A DNA stretch of 63,965 nt, filler included, from Atractiella rhizophila (GCA_021432655.1; 14 parts of 13 records of this genome joined end to end with filler, not necessarily neighbours in it), one strand, 5' to 3'; positions 11,225 through 24,789 are shown, numbered from the whole stretch's first letter. Notes: generated from the letters alone by a model not told the origin. Numbers and translations are program-made.

Positions 11225-12559
11225 CCTGCAGACACATCCAAAGACGATAAAAGGTCTTCTCAGCGAGCAACGAAAGACACTAGAGGAGGATTTAGACGTT
11301 TCAAATCGTGGTGGAGTCACTCCAGAGAAGGAACTCTCGTCGGAAGAATTTTGGAGCGAGCTGGAAAAGGTTGCAGAGCAGTGTGGAAGAGATTGGAAGG
11401 GAATTGGAGATAGTATATGGGCATTTGGGCCAAAGCGAATCGGCGCCAACATATTAGTAGATCGTGTAAGCGGGGGGCAGAAATCGTGCGCTTTCACTTT
11501 CATTTCATTTCTACTCCATGACATCCCCTTGTTGCAGGCTCAGGAAAAAGCTAGCGAGATTACATTCCGCACCAGCTTCGCGTGGAGAAACTGCTATGAG
11601 AAACGGTTCTACTCTTGACCTCGAAGAAGTGCAACAAGGACTTGAAAGTGACGCCACGAACGATGCGCCGCTGAGCCTGCGTGATTTGGATGATGCTTTT
11701 GATTCAGCTTTCCAAATCGCAACTGGGAAGGGACCTTTGTGCCACGAGCCGGTCTATGGCATGTCTTTTTTCGTCGAAAAAGTGGAAATGAAACCCTTCG
11801 ATCATTGTATGTTTCCTTTCAAGCCCTTCAATCTCACTTATATCGATGTACAGCTAAACTCAACCGCCATCAGCTCATGGGCGGCCTCATCTCTTCAACC
11901 CAAGAGGCTTTCCGAAACTCCATGCTCGATTGGTCCCCTCGCCTTGCTCTCGCTATGTATTCGTGCGATATTCAGGCTACTAGTGCGTAAATGAATCCTG
12001 AAGTAGACATGGGTATTGATTTGTATCCACAGCCGAAGTGTTGGGAAAGGTCTATGGCGTTGTTGCACGACGACGCGGACAAATTATATCGGAAGAAATG
12101 AAGGATGGTACCGTTTTGTTCACAGTTCGGGCTTTGATACCAGTTGTCGAGAGCTGGGGATTCGCTGCTGGTAAGCATTTCCACTGGTCTTCAACGGGCC
12201 TTATTATTTCGGACTCAGATATTCGTAAAAAGACGTCTGGAGCAGCCAGTCCGCAACTAGTGTTCCATGGGCAAGTCAACTCTCTCCTGCTTCTAAATGC
12301 TCATATTTTCATAAAAGGTTCGAAATCTTAGACCTGGATCCATTCTGGGTTCCAACGACTGAGGAAGAGCTAGAAGACTTAGGAGAAAAGTCGGACAGGG
12401 AGAACGTAGCAAAGAAGTATATGGATGCTGTGCGGAAACGGAAGGTAAGAGACTCTGTCCTTCCTCACTGTCAAACAATCGCTAATATCCCTAAAGGGCT
12501 TGTTTGTAGAACGAAGAGTTGTAGAGCATGCCGAGAAACAAAGAACGCTGAAGAAATAG
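11225..12559 (+). CDS. EFL1: Elongation factor-like GTPase 1 (60S maturation), 3' part
   Basis: GPLCHEP, DWSPRLALAMYSCDIQ, LGKVYGVVARRRG, RKKTSGAASPQL, DPFWVPTTEEELEDLGE, EHAEKQRTLKK*. Confidence 0.95.
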
Positions 12560-13214
12560 AATGATGTACAATTTTCAAGTTCAAGGGTCGTGACACAGAC
12601 AGCTCCAATCTCCAGCCTCTACTCATCGATCTACTGCTAAAACGTCAAGCCCTAAGTTCTATTTTCTCTTCCTATTTGCTACGGTCATATTGACGCATCA
12701 GTCCTAGAGGTTGCTAGGATCAGAGTTCAACTCGACTCTTGATCTCTTCAACCTTCAGCTGGCACGGGAAAAGTCGTGATGAAAATGAAGAGGTGCGCTT
12801 GTTCACTGCCAAGCACCAGTCTACCAAGCGACGGTCGTCCCTTTTCTCAATTCAATACTTTCCCTGACTGATTCGATATTCGATCAGGATGAGCTCTGCC
12901 CTGGTCCACCCGGACCAAAGCGATTCTTGCCTTTACGCGGCCTCCTCATGGACCCACCGCCTTCCTGAGCCTTCCTCGCATCTGACCTCGCGCCTTTTCT
13001 CCAAATTTCTTTTCTGCTCCCGTCCACACATTTGCGGGGTAACGACATCTTTTCAGCACGAGGTCGCAATAGCCGATCAACAGTATCAATTACATTATGG
13101 CTGTATTCCTCGCTCCAGCCAACGGGCACATGTTGAGACTTTTTGGACGGAGCCTCAGGAGAGAGCCTCAAGGAGAGCTTTTGGGACTGCGAGCTGCTAA
13201 CAATACGCCCTAAT

Positions 13215-13369
13215 GATAGAAGCAGGAATCACTCGACGATAAGGCAGGATAAGGACTTCGCGTGTTCTTTGGCTCGTGCTCAGTTTGCTGTTCTGGCTTG
13301 GCCAACCCATTTAGGTTATGCTCGGGCCTAAAAATAGCGCACCTTTAGGAACGAACACGCTACCTTATC
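13215..13369. promoter_or_regulatory. Cluster of GATA motifs upstream of the permease
   Basis: GATAG at 13215, GATAAG at 13238 and 13248, CTTATC at 13364. Confidence 0.45.
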
Positions 13370-13486
13370 TCATACAGCCAGCCTTTAAAAGACAACATCC
13401 GAGCTCTTTACTTCCTCCTCCGCCTCGCCATCGACGGATTGCCTTTCCTTCCTCTGAGTCCCCTTTTGCCTCGAGAATAGGATACC

Positions 13487-15921
13487 ATGTCGGACATCGA
13501 TTCAGGGAAGAGAGTGCACGATGACGATCTCGAAAAGAAAGGACTCGAGACCGCCAATGCCTACGACATTTCGACAGAGGGTCAGGGTGATGCCAAGCAT
13601 CAAGTCGCTGCAGGAGACCTCCACAGGCAGCTCAAGAACAGGTGCGTTGATTTTCGATGATCCAGGTTGAAACTTCCCGAGATCTCGAGGTCATGACGTA
13701 CTGATTTGTGTCGCGTGTAGGCATATTGCTATGATCAGGTACGAATTCCCCCAAAGAGAGAAAAAGCAGCTGCTCATCTTTCTGTAGTATCGGTGGTGTC
13801 ATCGGTACTGGTCTGTTCTTGGGATCTGGAGGTGCTCTTTCGCACGGTGGACCCTTGGGTTTGCTGTTAGGGTGAGCTGAGCGTTTCAATACAGGTTGAT
13901 TTGCTGAAGGGCACACCTAGGTACTCAATTATGGGAACGATTTGTTTTTCGGTCATGGTAGCACTGGGAGAAATGGTATGTCACCTGCTTCTCTTCCCCG
14001 CGTTCCATGCACAAGAATTCACTCGGATTATGAATAGGTTTCACATTTGCCTATTGCTGGAGGTTCGTTGTGTTGCAAACCCAACTCTGCGGCTGTGCTG
14101 ATTTGTGACCAGGTCACATCACACTTGCCACCCGTTTCGTCGACCCTGCTTGGTCATTCACAATGGGTTGGAACTATTGGTGCGATTTCATTATGCTGTG
14201 AAGGACGACGTGTGAATCCACGCTTGAATAGGTACAATTGGACGATTGTATTGCCAGCTGAAATCTCTGCTGCCGCCGTTCTCATTCACTACTGGAACGA
14301 CAACTCAAACCTCGATCCCGCATGGATCTCTATTTTCCTCGTCGTTGTCTGGGCTATCAACCTCGGAGGAGCCAGAGCATACGGCGAGATGGAGTTCTGG
14401 TTCGCTTCCATCAAAGTCATTACCATCGTTGGTCTCATCATCGGTGGAATCGTCTTGACTGCTGGAGGCGGACCATCTGGAGAGTCCATTGGTTTCCGGT
14501 GAGCTGCTCCACATCCATGTGCCTGAAGACAAGCTGATGAATGCAATAGCTACTGGCGTGACCCTGGAGTGGGTTTTATTCCTGAAAGAGGGGAAATAAT
14601 CTGATCTTTCTGTTTGCCTTTAGCCGTTTGTTCAGTATCTGGGAATCCAAGGAGCTAAAGGTCGTTTCCTCGGTTTCTGGGCTGGTGAGTATCATCTCGT
14701 CCTAATCGTGACTTACACTGACTCAGTGCCTAGTTCTCATCCAAGCTGGTTTCTCCTACATCGGAACTGAAATCACTGCCATCGCAGCTGGAGAGGCCAA
14801 GAACCCCCGACGAAACCTTCCCCGCGCAATCAAGAGGGTGTACATCCGTATCTTGCTCTTCTATATTCTTGGTTCGTCTCGTGCTGCGCCGTTGACGCTT
14901 TAAAATATTGACTGGATCTCGTCGAATCCATCCAGGTGTCTTCATCATCGGTCTCCTCTGCCCTTCCAACGACCCAGCTCTCTTCACTGGCTCCGGAAAC
15001 GCTTCTTCCTCTCCCTTCGTCGTCGGTATCAAGCGCGCTGGTGTCAATGGTCTCCCCGGAGTTATCAATGCTGCTCTCCTCACTTCGTGCGTTTACCTTG
15101 GGCCTGTCTGTTACTCGCCTGACAAGCTTGCTTAGCGCGTGGTCTGCTGCCTCTTCTGATTGCTACACGTCCTCGCGAGCTCTCTACGTACGCACTTTTT
15201 GATCCCTTAATCTGATCACAGCGTTGAGCACCGATGTTCTAGGCCATGTCTCTCTCCGGAGCTGCACCTAAGTTCTTCCGCGCTACCACCAGCTGGGGTC
15301 TTCCCTATTGGTGTCTGCTTGTCTCTATTGCCTTCTCCCTCTTGTCCTACATGGCAGCTGGAGCAGGAAAGGCAGGCGAAGTCTTTGGCTGGTTCGCTAA
15401 CATGACTTCCGTCGCTGGACTGTTGACCTGGCTCGGAATCTTTGTCACCTTTGTATGTCTCATCTTTCTCGCTCTCTCGTCACGCCATCCTCATGTTCAT
15501 GGAATTTAGATCCGATGGCACCAAGCCTGCAAACTTCAGGGATTCTCACGCAAAGCCCTGCCCTTCAAAGCCCCCTTCCAGCCCTACCTCACCTACTATG
15601 GCCTGTTCATGGTTACCCTTATCATCTTCTTCAACGGCTGGGCAGTCTTCATCCATGGCCATTGGGATACCGCAACCTTTGTCACATCTTATATTCCGGT
15701 TTGTCTCCTCATGCCCCATTCAATCACCAGCACTAATGATCTTGCCATTTGTCTAGGTGGTTCTCTTCGTCGTCCTTTACCTCGCATACCGCCTCTGGAA
15801 CCGCACCTCGTTCATTGCCCTTCAGGACATCGATCTGTATACTGGCTCTAGGGACATTGTCGAAGAGGAAGAACTCCCGCCTAGGAACTTTGTAGAAAAG
15901 TTCTGGAGAGCTCTCATGTAA
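13487..15921 (+). CDS. YAT-family amino-acid permease, complete, about 14 introns
   Basis: Spliced [70 protein letters not shown], ending KFWRALM*. Confidence 0.95.
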
Positions 15922-16375
15922 GAGCGTAAGAGCTTCGGCATCGTTATTGGGTTCAATGCGGTCTGTAGCAAAGTTTTAATATTTTGTCACCTGATATCTT
16001 GAAAAATGGGATACATGTCGTCCTCCATACCGTACCCTGCAAATGGCTGCATCCTGAACCTGACACCTCTTATTGCAGCACTGTTGTCGTTGGTGAAAGT
16101 AAATGTGTGATGAGTAGATATTGATCACATAAGTTGTCACCCAGAATATAACAATGTGCGGCATCAAAAGGCAGAGAATTCGAAAAGTACTCTCATGAAG
16201 GAGATAATATTACAACAAGGCACACAACGACTAAGGAACACAGTATTCTACTACCAAACATTAACAGCTCGTCCAAACGATTGATCAATTAGTATGCTGA
16301 TCTCTCACAAGAAGCATGAAGAGTCCACGAATGTCCTCCATCTAAAATGCAAAATGCAGTCGTCGCACCCACCTT

Positions 16376-17201
16376 TCATCGCATCAAGCTCATCAAGAGC
16401 CTCGTTGGCAAGAAATCCTCCGAGTCCTCCTTCTGCTCCTCCGCGCTCTGCTTGAACGCTGCGAGACCGCCGAGGATTCCAGCGCCGAGAAAAATGATAG
16501 AAACGAGGAGCCTGTCATCCCATCGGCCACAATGAAGTCAAAGTCAACACATCATTCAACCAACATCCCTTCTCCTTGTTCAAGGCCATGACTAGGAAGG
16601 TGTGAGGGGAAGATGTAGAAGGACGCACCATATCACCCCCCATACTCGGGAGGGAATGACAGGACACAACTTTGCGAATTGACTGGCGTCGCTCTCATTC
16701 ACTTTTCGAAAGACGAGGTCGTCCAAGATGTCCCAGACGCTGTACAAACATGACATGACGCCTATAAAGAGGACAAGGAATCGCAGCGGCTCGGCATGGT
16801 TTATGAACCAGAATGCGACCAGCAAGCCTATTCATTCATCAAACCAAGATCAGTCCAATTGACGACATTGGGTTAAGGATTCTGCCCCTGAAGAATGAAA
16901 GAGAGGAAAGAAAGACGCACCAGCTGCTGCAACGACTACGCCCCGGGTGAGCCAGTTGCGTGCCCAGAAGAGAACGATGATGAGTCCAACGCCGAGAGCG
17001 ATCGAGGCTATCTTTGAGGCTACGATGTTGAAACCTGCGAAGATGAGGAGTGCGCCGATCAAACTGCTTCCCAAGTAACCAGCCTAGTATCCCATCAAGC
17101 CCAAACACATCATGTCAGACGACCGTTCCTCAACTAGGGAAAGAAAGACTCACAGGAAGAGTACAACATTGGATGCCGCCTCGCATCCTCGTTGCACCTC
17201 C
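16376..17201 (-). CDS. Peptidase M50B-like membrane protein, 3' part
   Basis: GGATRMRGG, TLPAGYLGSSLIGALL, FIGVMSCLYSVWDILDDL, NESDASQFAK. Confidence 0.8.
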
Positions 17202-17301
17202 NNNNNNNNNNNNNNNNNNNNNNNNNNNNNNNNNNNNNNNNNNNNTTAATTAATTAANNNNNNNNNNNNNNNNNNNNNNNNNNNNNNNNNNNNNNNNNNN
17301 N

Positions 17302-18509
17302 CAACCTTCCGTGCACGGAGACACTGGAACCCAAAGATCGGAGGAGCCCGTGTCAATGCTCACATTGAGGCTTTGAGGTGGCGTGCCGAGGGACAGCGGG
17401 AGATAGTATTCGAGACTGCGTGTAACGAAGAATGGTGTTAGTACGAGACGAGCGAAAACTATTTTCAATCCCTATTGGCACTAGTGTTGATTAGGTTGGA
17501 ACCGTCACAAGAACTTCTGCCGCTTCCTCATTACGCGCCATCTATGACTGAAGCAACTGCTTGCCATAGAAACATAAGAGGATGAGATTGTGACGCAAGA
17601 CGTGAGTATTGAGCCAATTGTAAATGTTTCTGGTTATGCTTGAAGAAATGAAATATGTGCCACTGCTCCTCTTTTGACAAGGCACAAGCACCTGACCCTC
17701 AAAGACAAAACGGCACGTAAGGGGATGAGTTTGGAAAAGGGAAGGCAATAGATGGACTCTCCTTAGGTCAACACGCGGCGAGCAAGGGGTGGGAGCATTA
17801 TCAGCATCAAGAAGCATTTCTCTTTGAGGAGAGAGAATCTTGACGCGTTGCTCGGCCCTCGTTCCAGTGTGCTATATTATCTCAGCCCGAGACATTCAGC
17901 AGCCATTGGCCTAAGTAGCAGAGTAACAGCAAAAATTGTACCCAGGCTGGTGGTTGAAGGAGAGGAGAAAAGAACAGTCAACGTCTGTCATTTACACAGA
18001 GCGGCAGAGCACGACTTTGAATAGGTGAATGAACCTCTCCTCCTTTCCTTTGTTTCCTCTTAGCAGCCAGCATGTTTTCACACATCCCAAGAAGTAAAGT
18101 CAAGTCGAACAATCACTCACTCCTGATTCGCATTCCAGATCCCCAACTCACTCGCCGCCCTCTTCCTCGTACTCCTTGATCCAACATCTACTGTCCTCCT
18201 CGTCCGCACCTTCTCTGCTGCACTTCCAGTAATCCCGCCCCCATCGACATCCCGCACGAGTCCATACTTGTCCCGGACCCACCTTGCCCTCCCCTCCACC
18301 CGTTCGAACAGCGCGTCAATCTGACCCACGTCAATGTGTTGCTCTGAGACCTGCCGCCTGTGGATGAGTTGGGAGGAGAGTTGGAAGAGCGAGGGTGAAC
18401 GGTGGATGGGGATTGCACGTGATTGTTGCGATGGAAAGGGAGCGAAGGAGGGAGTGGGAGAGGCGGAGGAGATAGAAAGGACGAAGGAGAGGGCGAGGAG
18501 GTGCGCCAT
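17302..18509 (-). CDS. Secreted pepsin-like (A1) aspartic protease, 5' part
   Basis: Signal peptide MAHLLALSFVLSISSA and a propeptide ending KR. Splicing intron 17416-18120 gives [32 protein letters not shown]. Confidence 0.9.
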
Positions 18510-18956
18510 GGGAATAGCGTTGGAATAGTTGCAGTTATGGCTGGCGCAACCGTGGAGAGTAAGGGTACGAAGAGAAGTCCTCCCCTTTGCCAGTCGAGGG
18601 AAGGGAAGGATGGGGAAGGAGGAGAAACAGAAGAGAATGGAGATGGAGGGACAAAGGCTTGGCCGAAATTGAAAGTGACGTCGTCCTTCCGCCCGCAATC
18701 CCAAAATTGGGGAGCAGTGCAGCATCAGTGCATACCAGATGACCATAAACTCAGTCCTTCTTATTGTCTCTTACTTCTGTGTCATCTACGGTGCTCTCAT
18801 AGTTCGCATCAGCAACTTAACTCGCTTGCATTATGCTTCTTCCCAACATCACGATATGCTGCATCTCCATCTATTCATCTCATCCAAAAGGTAAAGATAA
18901 GGTCCTTGTCTCCTACAGCTGCGGTGGCGTCGACATATCCACCTCTTTCACGGGAA

Positions 18957-19552
18957 TTAGGCAGCAGCAGGTGAAACAGTCAACATCACGTTCCCCCCAC
19001 CCGTCGCTCCTCCCTGAATGAGTACGCTCCCAGGAGTGGCTCCACAGTCGGCGATCAGGTTATCGAAGCCTTTAATTCCTCCATGCTCGAGTCTTCCCTT
19101 CGAGATGGAGATGTTTGAGCCGTCGGTGGTGGATACTGACACGGTGCAGGAACCGGAGGTCGCGGTTGCGAAATCTGTTGGAAGGTATGGTGTCTAAGTT
19201 TACGAGGAGCATACGAAGGGAGGGTGCGACGTACTGCTGTTCACGCGCAGAAATTCGATCGCACCGGCAATTCCTCCTGGTCCAAGCGACAGAAGTGCAC
19301 TATTTATTCACAAAACAGAATATGTTTCCATGAAGTCCTCGACCATGATTTGAAGGCGAATTACACATTACAATCGTGGCTACTCAACTGTGCGCTACCA
19401 GCCGCACTGCAGACTGTCTCCCCGACAGCTTGAACTCCTCCTTGTCGTTTTCTAAAAGAGGACCGCTTGATTTTCCGCTGCATTCGGCCAGCATCGGAGA
19501 GGGAGAACAGAGAGAGGAGGAGGAGGGCGAAGAAGAAGGATTGTTTGAACAT
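18957..19552 (-). CDS. Small secreted cysteine-containing protein
   Basis: Signal MFKQSFFFALLLLSLFSLSDA and a Kex2-like KR site before QGG. Spliced exons give ETVC...HDC...ALLSLGPGGIAGAIEFL...SGSCTVSV...IADCGATPGS...SPAAA*. Confidence 0.75.
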
Positions 19553-20061
19553 CTTCACTGTGAACCGAGTACTGAGTTCGCTTGCTTGTAATCGCTTTCA
19601 GAGTTGAAAGAGGGTGTTTGAACGAAAGGAAGGGGCAGGCTCTGCCTGTGGATTGTGAAGAATAGGAGATGGAGATGGGAAGGACAAGATGATCGCTCGG
19701 ATGAGGAGTGCAAACTTTCCGTCTCCTTCCTTTTTATGGAGCTCTAAATTCCAAAACAGGACTCTTGCGTTGTTCAGATCATGATGAAGAGGCGTGTTGA
19801 GCTGCACACCTGCCGAAGAACGGTTGCTAAGTGAGCAAGCACGTCTGAAACGCTTTGGCCCTGATTTATCTCTGATTCATCATTTCCATGCCCATTTCCA
19901 TCCACTACCCGTCTTCCGCCTTTGTTTGGGACTGGTTACAGTTTACTGTCAATTCCTCCTCTTCCCATTTTCAATGGTCATTGGTACAAGGACTCCACGA
20001 AAGAATCTATCGATTGACGCCTCAGTGAAGGATCTGGTAGACTACATTCTCTCTGTTCACA

Positions 20062-21960
20062 TTACATCCACCTTCCGAACGACCTCCTCCTCAGCCTCTT
20101 CGCAGAGATGGCTGCACGGCATTGGTTGTTCTGGGTATCACAATCTCCCACCTATTTAATGTCATGTCAGAAGCACTCTTTTGACCGTCAAACTCAGGAG
20201 GCATGGGAAGAGCTTACGTTAAAGCTTTGTCCTCCGGAGTTGGCGAGGTTGGCGCATTGGTTATGTCTACAAACGACAGTTGGCTTTCATGTAGGGACTA
20301 TTAAGGCATGCTTACTGCACGTCGCACGACCTTCCCAATGCAGCACCGATGTTCAAGAACTCATCGTTGTTCTCCACTATGAATCCTTTCCCTCCAGCGG
20401 TGACCGGAGGAGCCTTCAATCCACCAAGATTGCCTGTGAAAGTTTGAAGGTTTCCAGCCGTGGCACCAGTTCCGCTCGAGGCCGTCTGGGTGGCAGCAGC
20501 CGCGGCTGAGGTCTTGGAAGCGACAGCTGCAGCGGAGGTGGTGGCGACCGTTCCTGAGCCAGTGTTAGACGTGTTGATTGCGGCGTGACATTCGTTGTTC
20601 TGCTGATCGCAATCTCCAACCTATCTCACAGTTAAGCCATCCTGTCGATCAGAGGAAGAGTGGAGAAAGTACGTTGAAGCTTTGTCCACCAGAGTTGGCT
20701 ACGTTGGCGCATTGATTGTGCCTAAACTCAGGCAGTCAGACGCCATCACACTGTCGAAACAGATGTGAGGAACACGCACTGGACATCGCACGAGCGTCCA
20801 AGAGCAGCGCCAATGTTCAAGAAATCGTCGTTGCCCTCAACCTGAAATCCTCTTCCTCCAACAATCACGGCGGGAGCTGTTTTACCTCCTAAGGCGCCAG
20901 TAAACGTCTGGAGGTTCCCACTTGTGCTCGCTGCAGTTGAAGTTTCAGCAGCTGGCGAAGCGCTGGTGGAAGTCGCCACGGCGGCAACAGAGGTGCTGGC
21001 TGTGTCGTCAGTTTCATCATCGACGCCTAGATTTCGGATTATCAGCCCTTTACCACACAGAAACACGGGAGACTTACAGTCACCCTCTTCATCGTCGGTG
21101 TCATCTGCAGCATCATCACCGGTATCAACGGCGGTATTATTACCAGTGTCAACCGTGGTATCATTGCCAGTTGTTGTATTCTCTCCAGCACCGGAACCAT
21201 TAACCAGTCCTCCATTGACGGGAATGACAGTGTCGATTGTGCAGTCGTTGGAAGTGAAGGGGCACGTATTCCTCGCCGTTCCCTTTAAGACTGTCGTGCC
21301 ATTTGTAGTGCTCTTGGGATCTGCGAAGAGGAGAGGATTGGCATTTGAATCTTGAGCCTGGACGAGACCATTGAGCTGCTCATGTTTGGGAGCTTTGAGG
21401 CAGAAAATGGAGAAACGGTCCACTGGTGGTTGGACACGGAAGTCTATGGTCCAATATTGAATTTGCGAGGTGGACATCAAAAAGAAATAGAACTAACCAG
21501 GCTGCGTGTTCTTTTCCGCTTGCCTGAATTCGATGGCGATGTTAATGATGTTTTGCTGAACTGCAGAATCTGTTTGTGCCAGGGCGACATCGATCATCTC
21601 ATCCGCGCAGTCCTGAAGGCCTTATCAGTTGACCAGCTCACTCATGGGGAAATAGAAATGACAGACCTGTTGAGCGCATGGATCGGCTGCGGCGAGAAGG
21701 GAGGAGACGCACTTTCCTGCGAGGGTACCACAGGTTCCTCCGTCACAAGCGCTCGCCAGCTTGGTGAGAGATTCGGGGTGCTCGTTACCAACTTTTCTTG
21801 ACATAATGCGTGAGACGATTGGCCTTCCATCCCTCTCCGGCCACCGCATGCGTGCTGGTACAGGAACTCAGATCTATTTGGGAAGCTGAATGGATGGGGG
21901 CGCACCTTCCACGCCCATAAGAGAAGTGAGAGCGAGAACGAAAACAGCAGCTGACTTCAT
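20062..21960 (-). CDS. Secreted cysteine-rich protein with Thr/Ala-rich linkers and two C-terminal repeats
   Basis: Signal MKSAAVFVLALTSL, N-domain ADPCAQQDCADEM...FCLKAPK...LNGLVQAQD, then two copies of NLQTFTG..G...P V...G...F.NIGAALGRSCDVQHNQCAN.ANSGGQSF.VGDCD. Confidence 0.8.
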
Positions 21961-22640
21961 GTTGAGACTTGCTCGTGAATAATACGAAGTAGAGGTGGAT
22001 TTGTTATGAAGAAAGGACGGCTGAAGGGAATGTAATCGGATCTTGCCGAGTTCAAAGAAAGTGGATCTTCAACCAAGTGAAGGAAAGATAACAAAAGAGC
22101 GCGGCTCGAAAGCGTCAAAAGAGAATGAACGATTCTTTGCGTGAGTTTGAACTGCAGACTGAGCTGACTTCGCAATTGGGGACTCCAAAAAGGACCAGTC
22201 CCTTTTTATCCTCCCTTGTTGGCAAACTCGGCAGGTGCCATGAAACAAATCCCAAGAAACTTTCCGGCAAAATCGTGACAGAGATGAAACCACATGGAAC
22301 ATGGCCGACGTTTCATGCCCTGGATGTCGGCCCGGCCCGACAAAGGATGTCCTTCGCCACTCCAGCGGAAGACTCCAGCTGTCTTCAGCTATTTTGAGGA
22401 TTGCTCAAAGGTGCTGGAATGGTGAAAGAGACAAGTTGTGTAAATCAGAACCAGGAATGGAAGAACAATGACATGAAGCAGAAATGCAAGCAATTTAAGC
22501 AGGCATATCGCCCTTTCAGCAGCTATCGCTCCTCATTCTCAGCCGAATCACTTTTCATAGTGGATGCTAGGAGAACGCAGTTCCCAAGCATGCAACGGAG
22601 TATCCAACAATTCGTTCAGCCTAAATTCAAGTGCTAACAT

Positions 22641-23270
22641 CTATGAAGCAAGTTTATCATTCTTTGCGTTTGCTATCACCATGATTAGTCTTCCATGTTG
22701 CATTCGGAATAAGACGGGTGTACTTACTTTCGGGTTCGACATCGAACTCCGCTTCTATTTCACAGTCTTTCAATGTTGCTTTGTCTCCAATCCTGGCTCC
22801 TGGACAAACGATACAATTTTCCAGTTTGACACTGTGTCCCCGAAACCATCAGCTCAGTCTTCTTGGCAAGAATGATGGAGGTGTGCGCACTTTTCGCCAA
22901 TCGATACATTTTCCATAATGACGCATCCAGTAATTTTTGCTCCTCTGCTGATATTACAGTTCTTACCGACCGTAGACCTCTTGATCGTCACCCGCTCCCC
23001 GATCACGACGTTGTTCCCTACGATGGAGTCTGGTGAGACGACTCCGGCAGGGTATTGCATGTCGCGTATCGGTAATCTCGCAGCTAAAGCCTATACCAAA
23101 CCAGCATTCAATAAATGGTCCACGTTGGAAACTCTTAAGAGATGGCAACGAACCATCCTATTGATCTCCATGTATCCTCCCACCTCATTTCCTCTCCGGC
23201 AAAATCCATGATTTTTTCCCCAAACAAGAACCATGACCTTCTGCGCAACGCTAGGTGGCTGGTATCTGCT
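22641..23270 (-). CDS. GCD1: eIF2B gamma subunit, C-terminal left-handed beta-helix
   Basis: FCRRGNEVGGYMEINR followed by hexapeptide repeats DSIVGNNVVIGERVTIKRSTVGKNCNI...KLENCIVC, and a short C-terminus. Confidence 0.75.
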
Positions 23271-23370
23271 NNNNNNNNNNNNNNNNNNNNNNNNNNNNNN
23301 NNNNNNNNNNNNNNTTAATTAATTAANNNNNNNNNNNNNNNNNNNNNNNNNNNNNNNNNNNNNNNNNNNN

Positions 23371-23673
23371 TTCTCCTCTCTTCTCGTCGGACTCGCATCG
23401 GAACACGTTTATTTCATCGTTCGCTTCTTTGTCCAAACTGCCGTCGAGCGTCTCCTCTGGACGGGAGGGAAGGCGCATCGTAGGTTGAGGAATAACGAAG
23501 TGTTGGTCAAGAAGAGGTTCTTGGAAAGTTCTGGCGCTGGCACTGGAGCGAGCCCGAAAGGGAATGGCAGCGAAGGGTTTGTGGAGGTTGAGAAGGAGGA
23601 GGCGGAAGCTGCGTTTTGGAATTTTGAACCAAAGGGGATTGAAGAGGTGAAAAAAATGGTTAAGAGCGAGTGA
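23371..23673 (+). CDS. Anoctamin/TMEM16 (Ist2-like) C-terminal fragment
   Basis: LLVGLASEHVYFIVRFFVQTAVERLLW resembles the last TM helix (EH...R) of fungal TMEM16; open to TGA at 23673. Confidence 0.6.
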   Translation, partial: FSSLLVGLASEHVYFIVRFFVQTAVERLLWTGGKAHRRLRNNEVLVKKRFLESSGAGTGASPKGNGSEGFVEVEKEEAEAAFWNFEPKGIEEVKKMVKSE

Positions 23674-24789
23674 TTGAACATACTGAACTGCTGTTGTTTA
23701 CGTGCAGGGTGACACAAGAAACATTGATAGGACAGTCAGTTTTGAGGTTTAAGGAATGATTAATTATTGTTGTGTACAGCGATGCACAAAATGTAGTACA
23801 GCCAGATATTCTTTGACGTGAAAAGGACCTTCAACGTATCCTTTACGGACTTACTTGCAACCATATCTGGAGAGGGTACCAGTTTTGGTTTGTGCAGCAG
23901 AGCGTGCAGAGTTCAGAGTTGACGGTTTGCTGATGTGTATTTATTCTTCATGTGTATTTATTCTTCACCGGAGCATTTCGAGCCATGGTGCCAGTGAAAT
24001 TTTGTTCGCAGGCTAAAATGTTCCCCAATCACACATGGATGAGCTTAAGTAAAATGATGTATATGTATAGTGTTGCCTCCCTTTGAAGCCTGGTTTTGTG
24101 GTGAGGTGCCACATGTTTACTTTGGCATCCGAAGGCATGACAAGCCTAGCTGAACTTAGAGAGACACTTGATCGCTTCCCAACAATCCAGACTTTGCGAA
24201 GCATCTGACCGATACAACCAATAGGTGCAGCTGGGTCTATGTCTGTGGCTCTTCCTGTCTGCCAAAATCAACACGTCTTGCTTGTTCTTGAGAGCTCAAA
24301 AAGGACTTATGAGATCTAACAACAGCGCTTCCGAATACGGTCGCAACGGAAGATGGGGAGGAAGAATTGAATGGTCAAACCCATTACCGGCCGAGGGAGG
24401 GTCGAGAAAACTTTTGCCGCTCCGGATGATCGTTGGACTCCCCAAGGTGGAACGTGCAGGCCCCCCAGGTTTCTTGGCGCGTCGTGTAACTATTTTCGCC
24501 AACTTCTAGCACGAGCAAGACACCATTTTCTGCACTTGATATCACTTCAAAGGTTTTTGTTTAACCTCAAAAGCACCTGAAACAAGTTCTTGACCCTTTA
24601 TACCATCAAAAACTCAACGAAGACCTTTTCCCCACTCCATCCTTGCTTTCCTTAATTTATCTTTGCCAGTATTATGCCTATGAAGCCTTCAAAAGCTCAT
24701 TATTACGCATTTTAAATCATTCGTATTCCGGTCACGTGTGCGAGGGGCCTTGAGGTTCCACCTTGGGGGCGCAAGGGATCATCCAGAAG

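Noticed and set aside
17790..17890. TPP riboswitch in the long intron (GCTGAGAT...CTTGAT.GATAATGC on the minus strand)
   Set aside because: The P5 pairing and the following AGCG are absent, the spacing is too long, and the host is not a thiamine gene.
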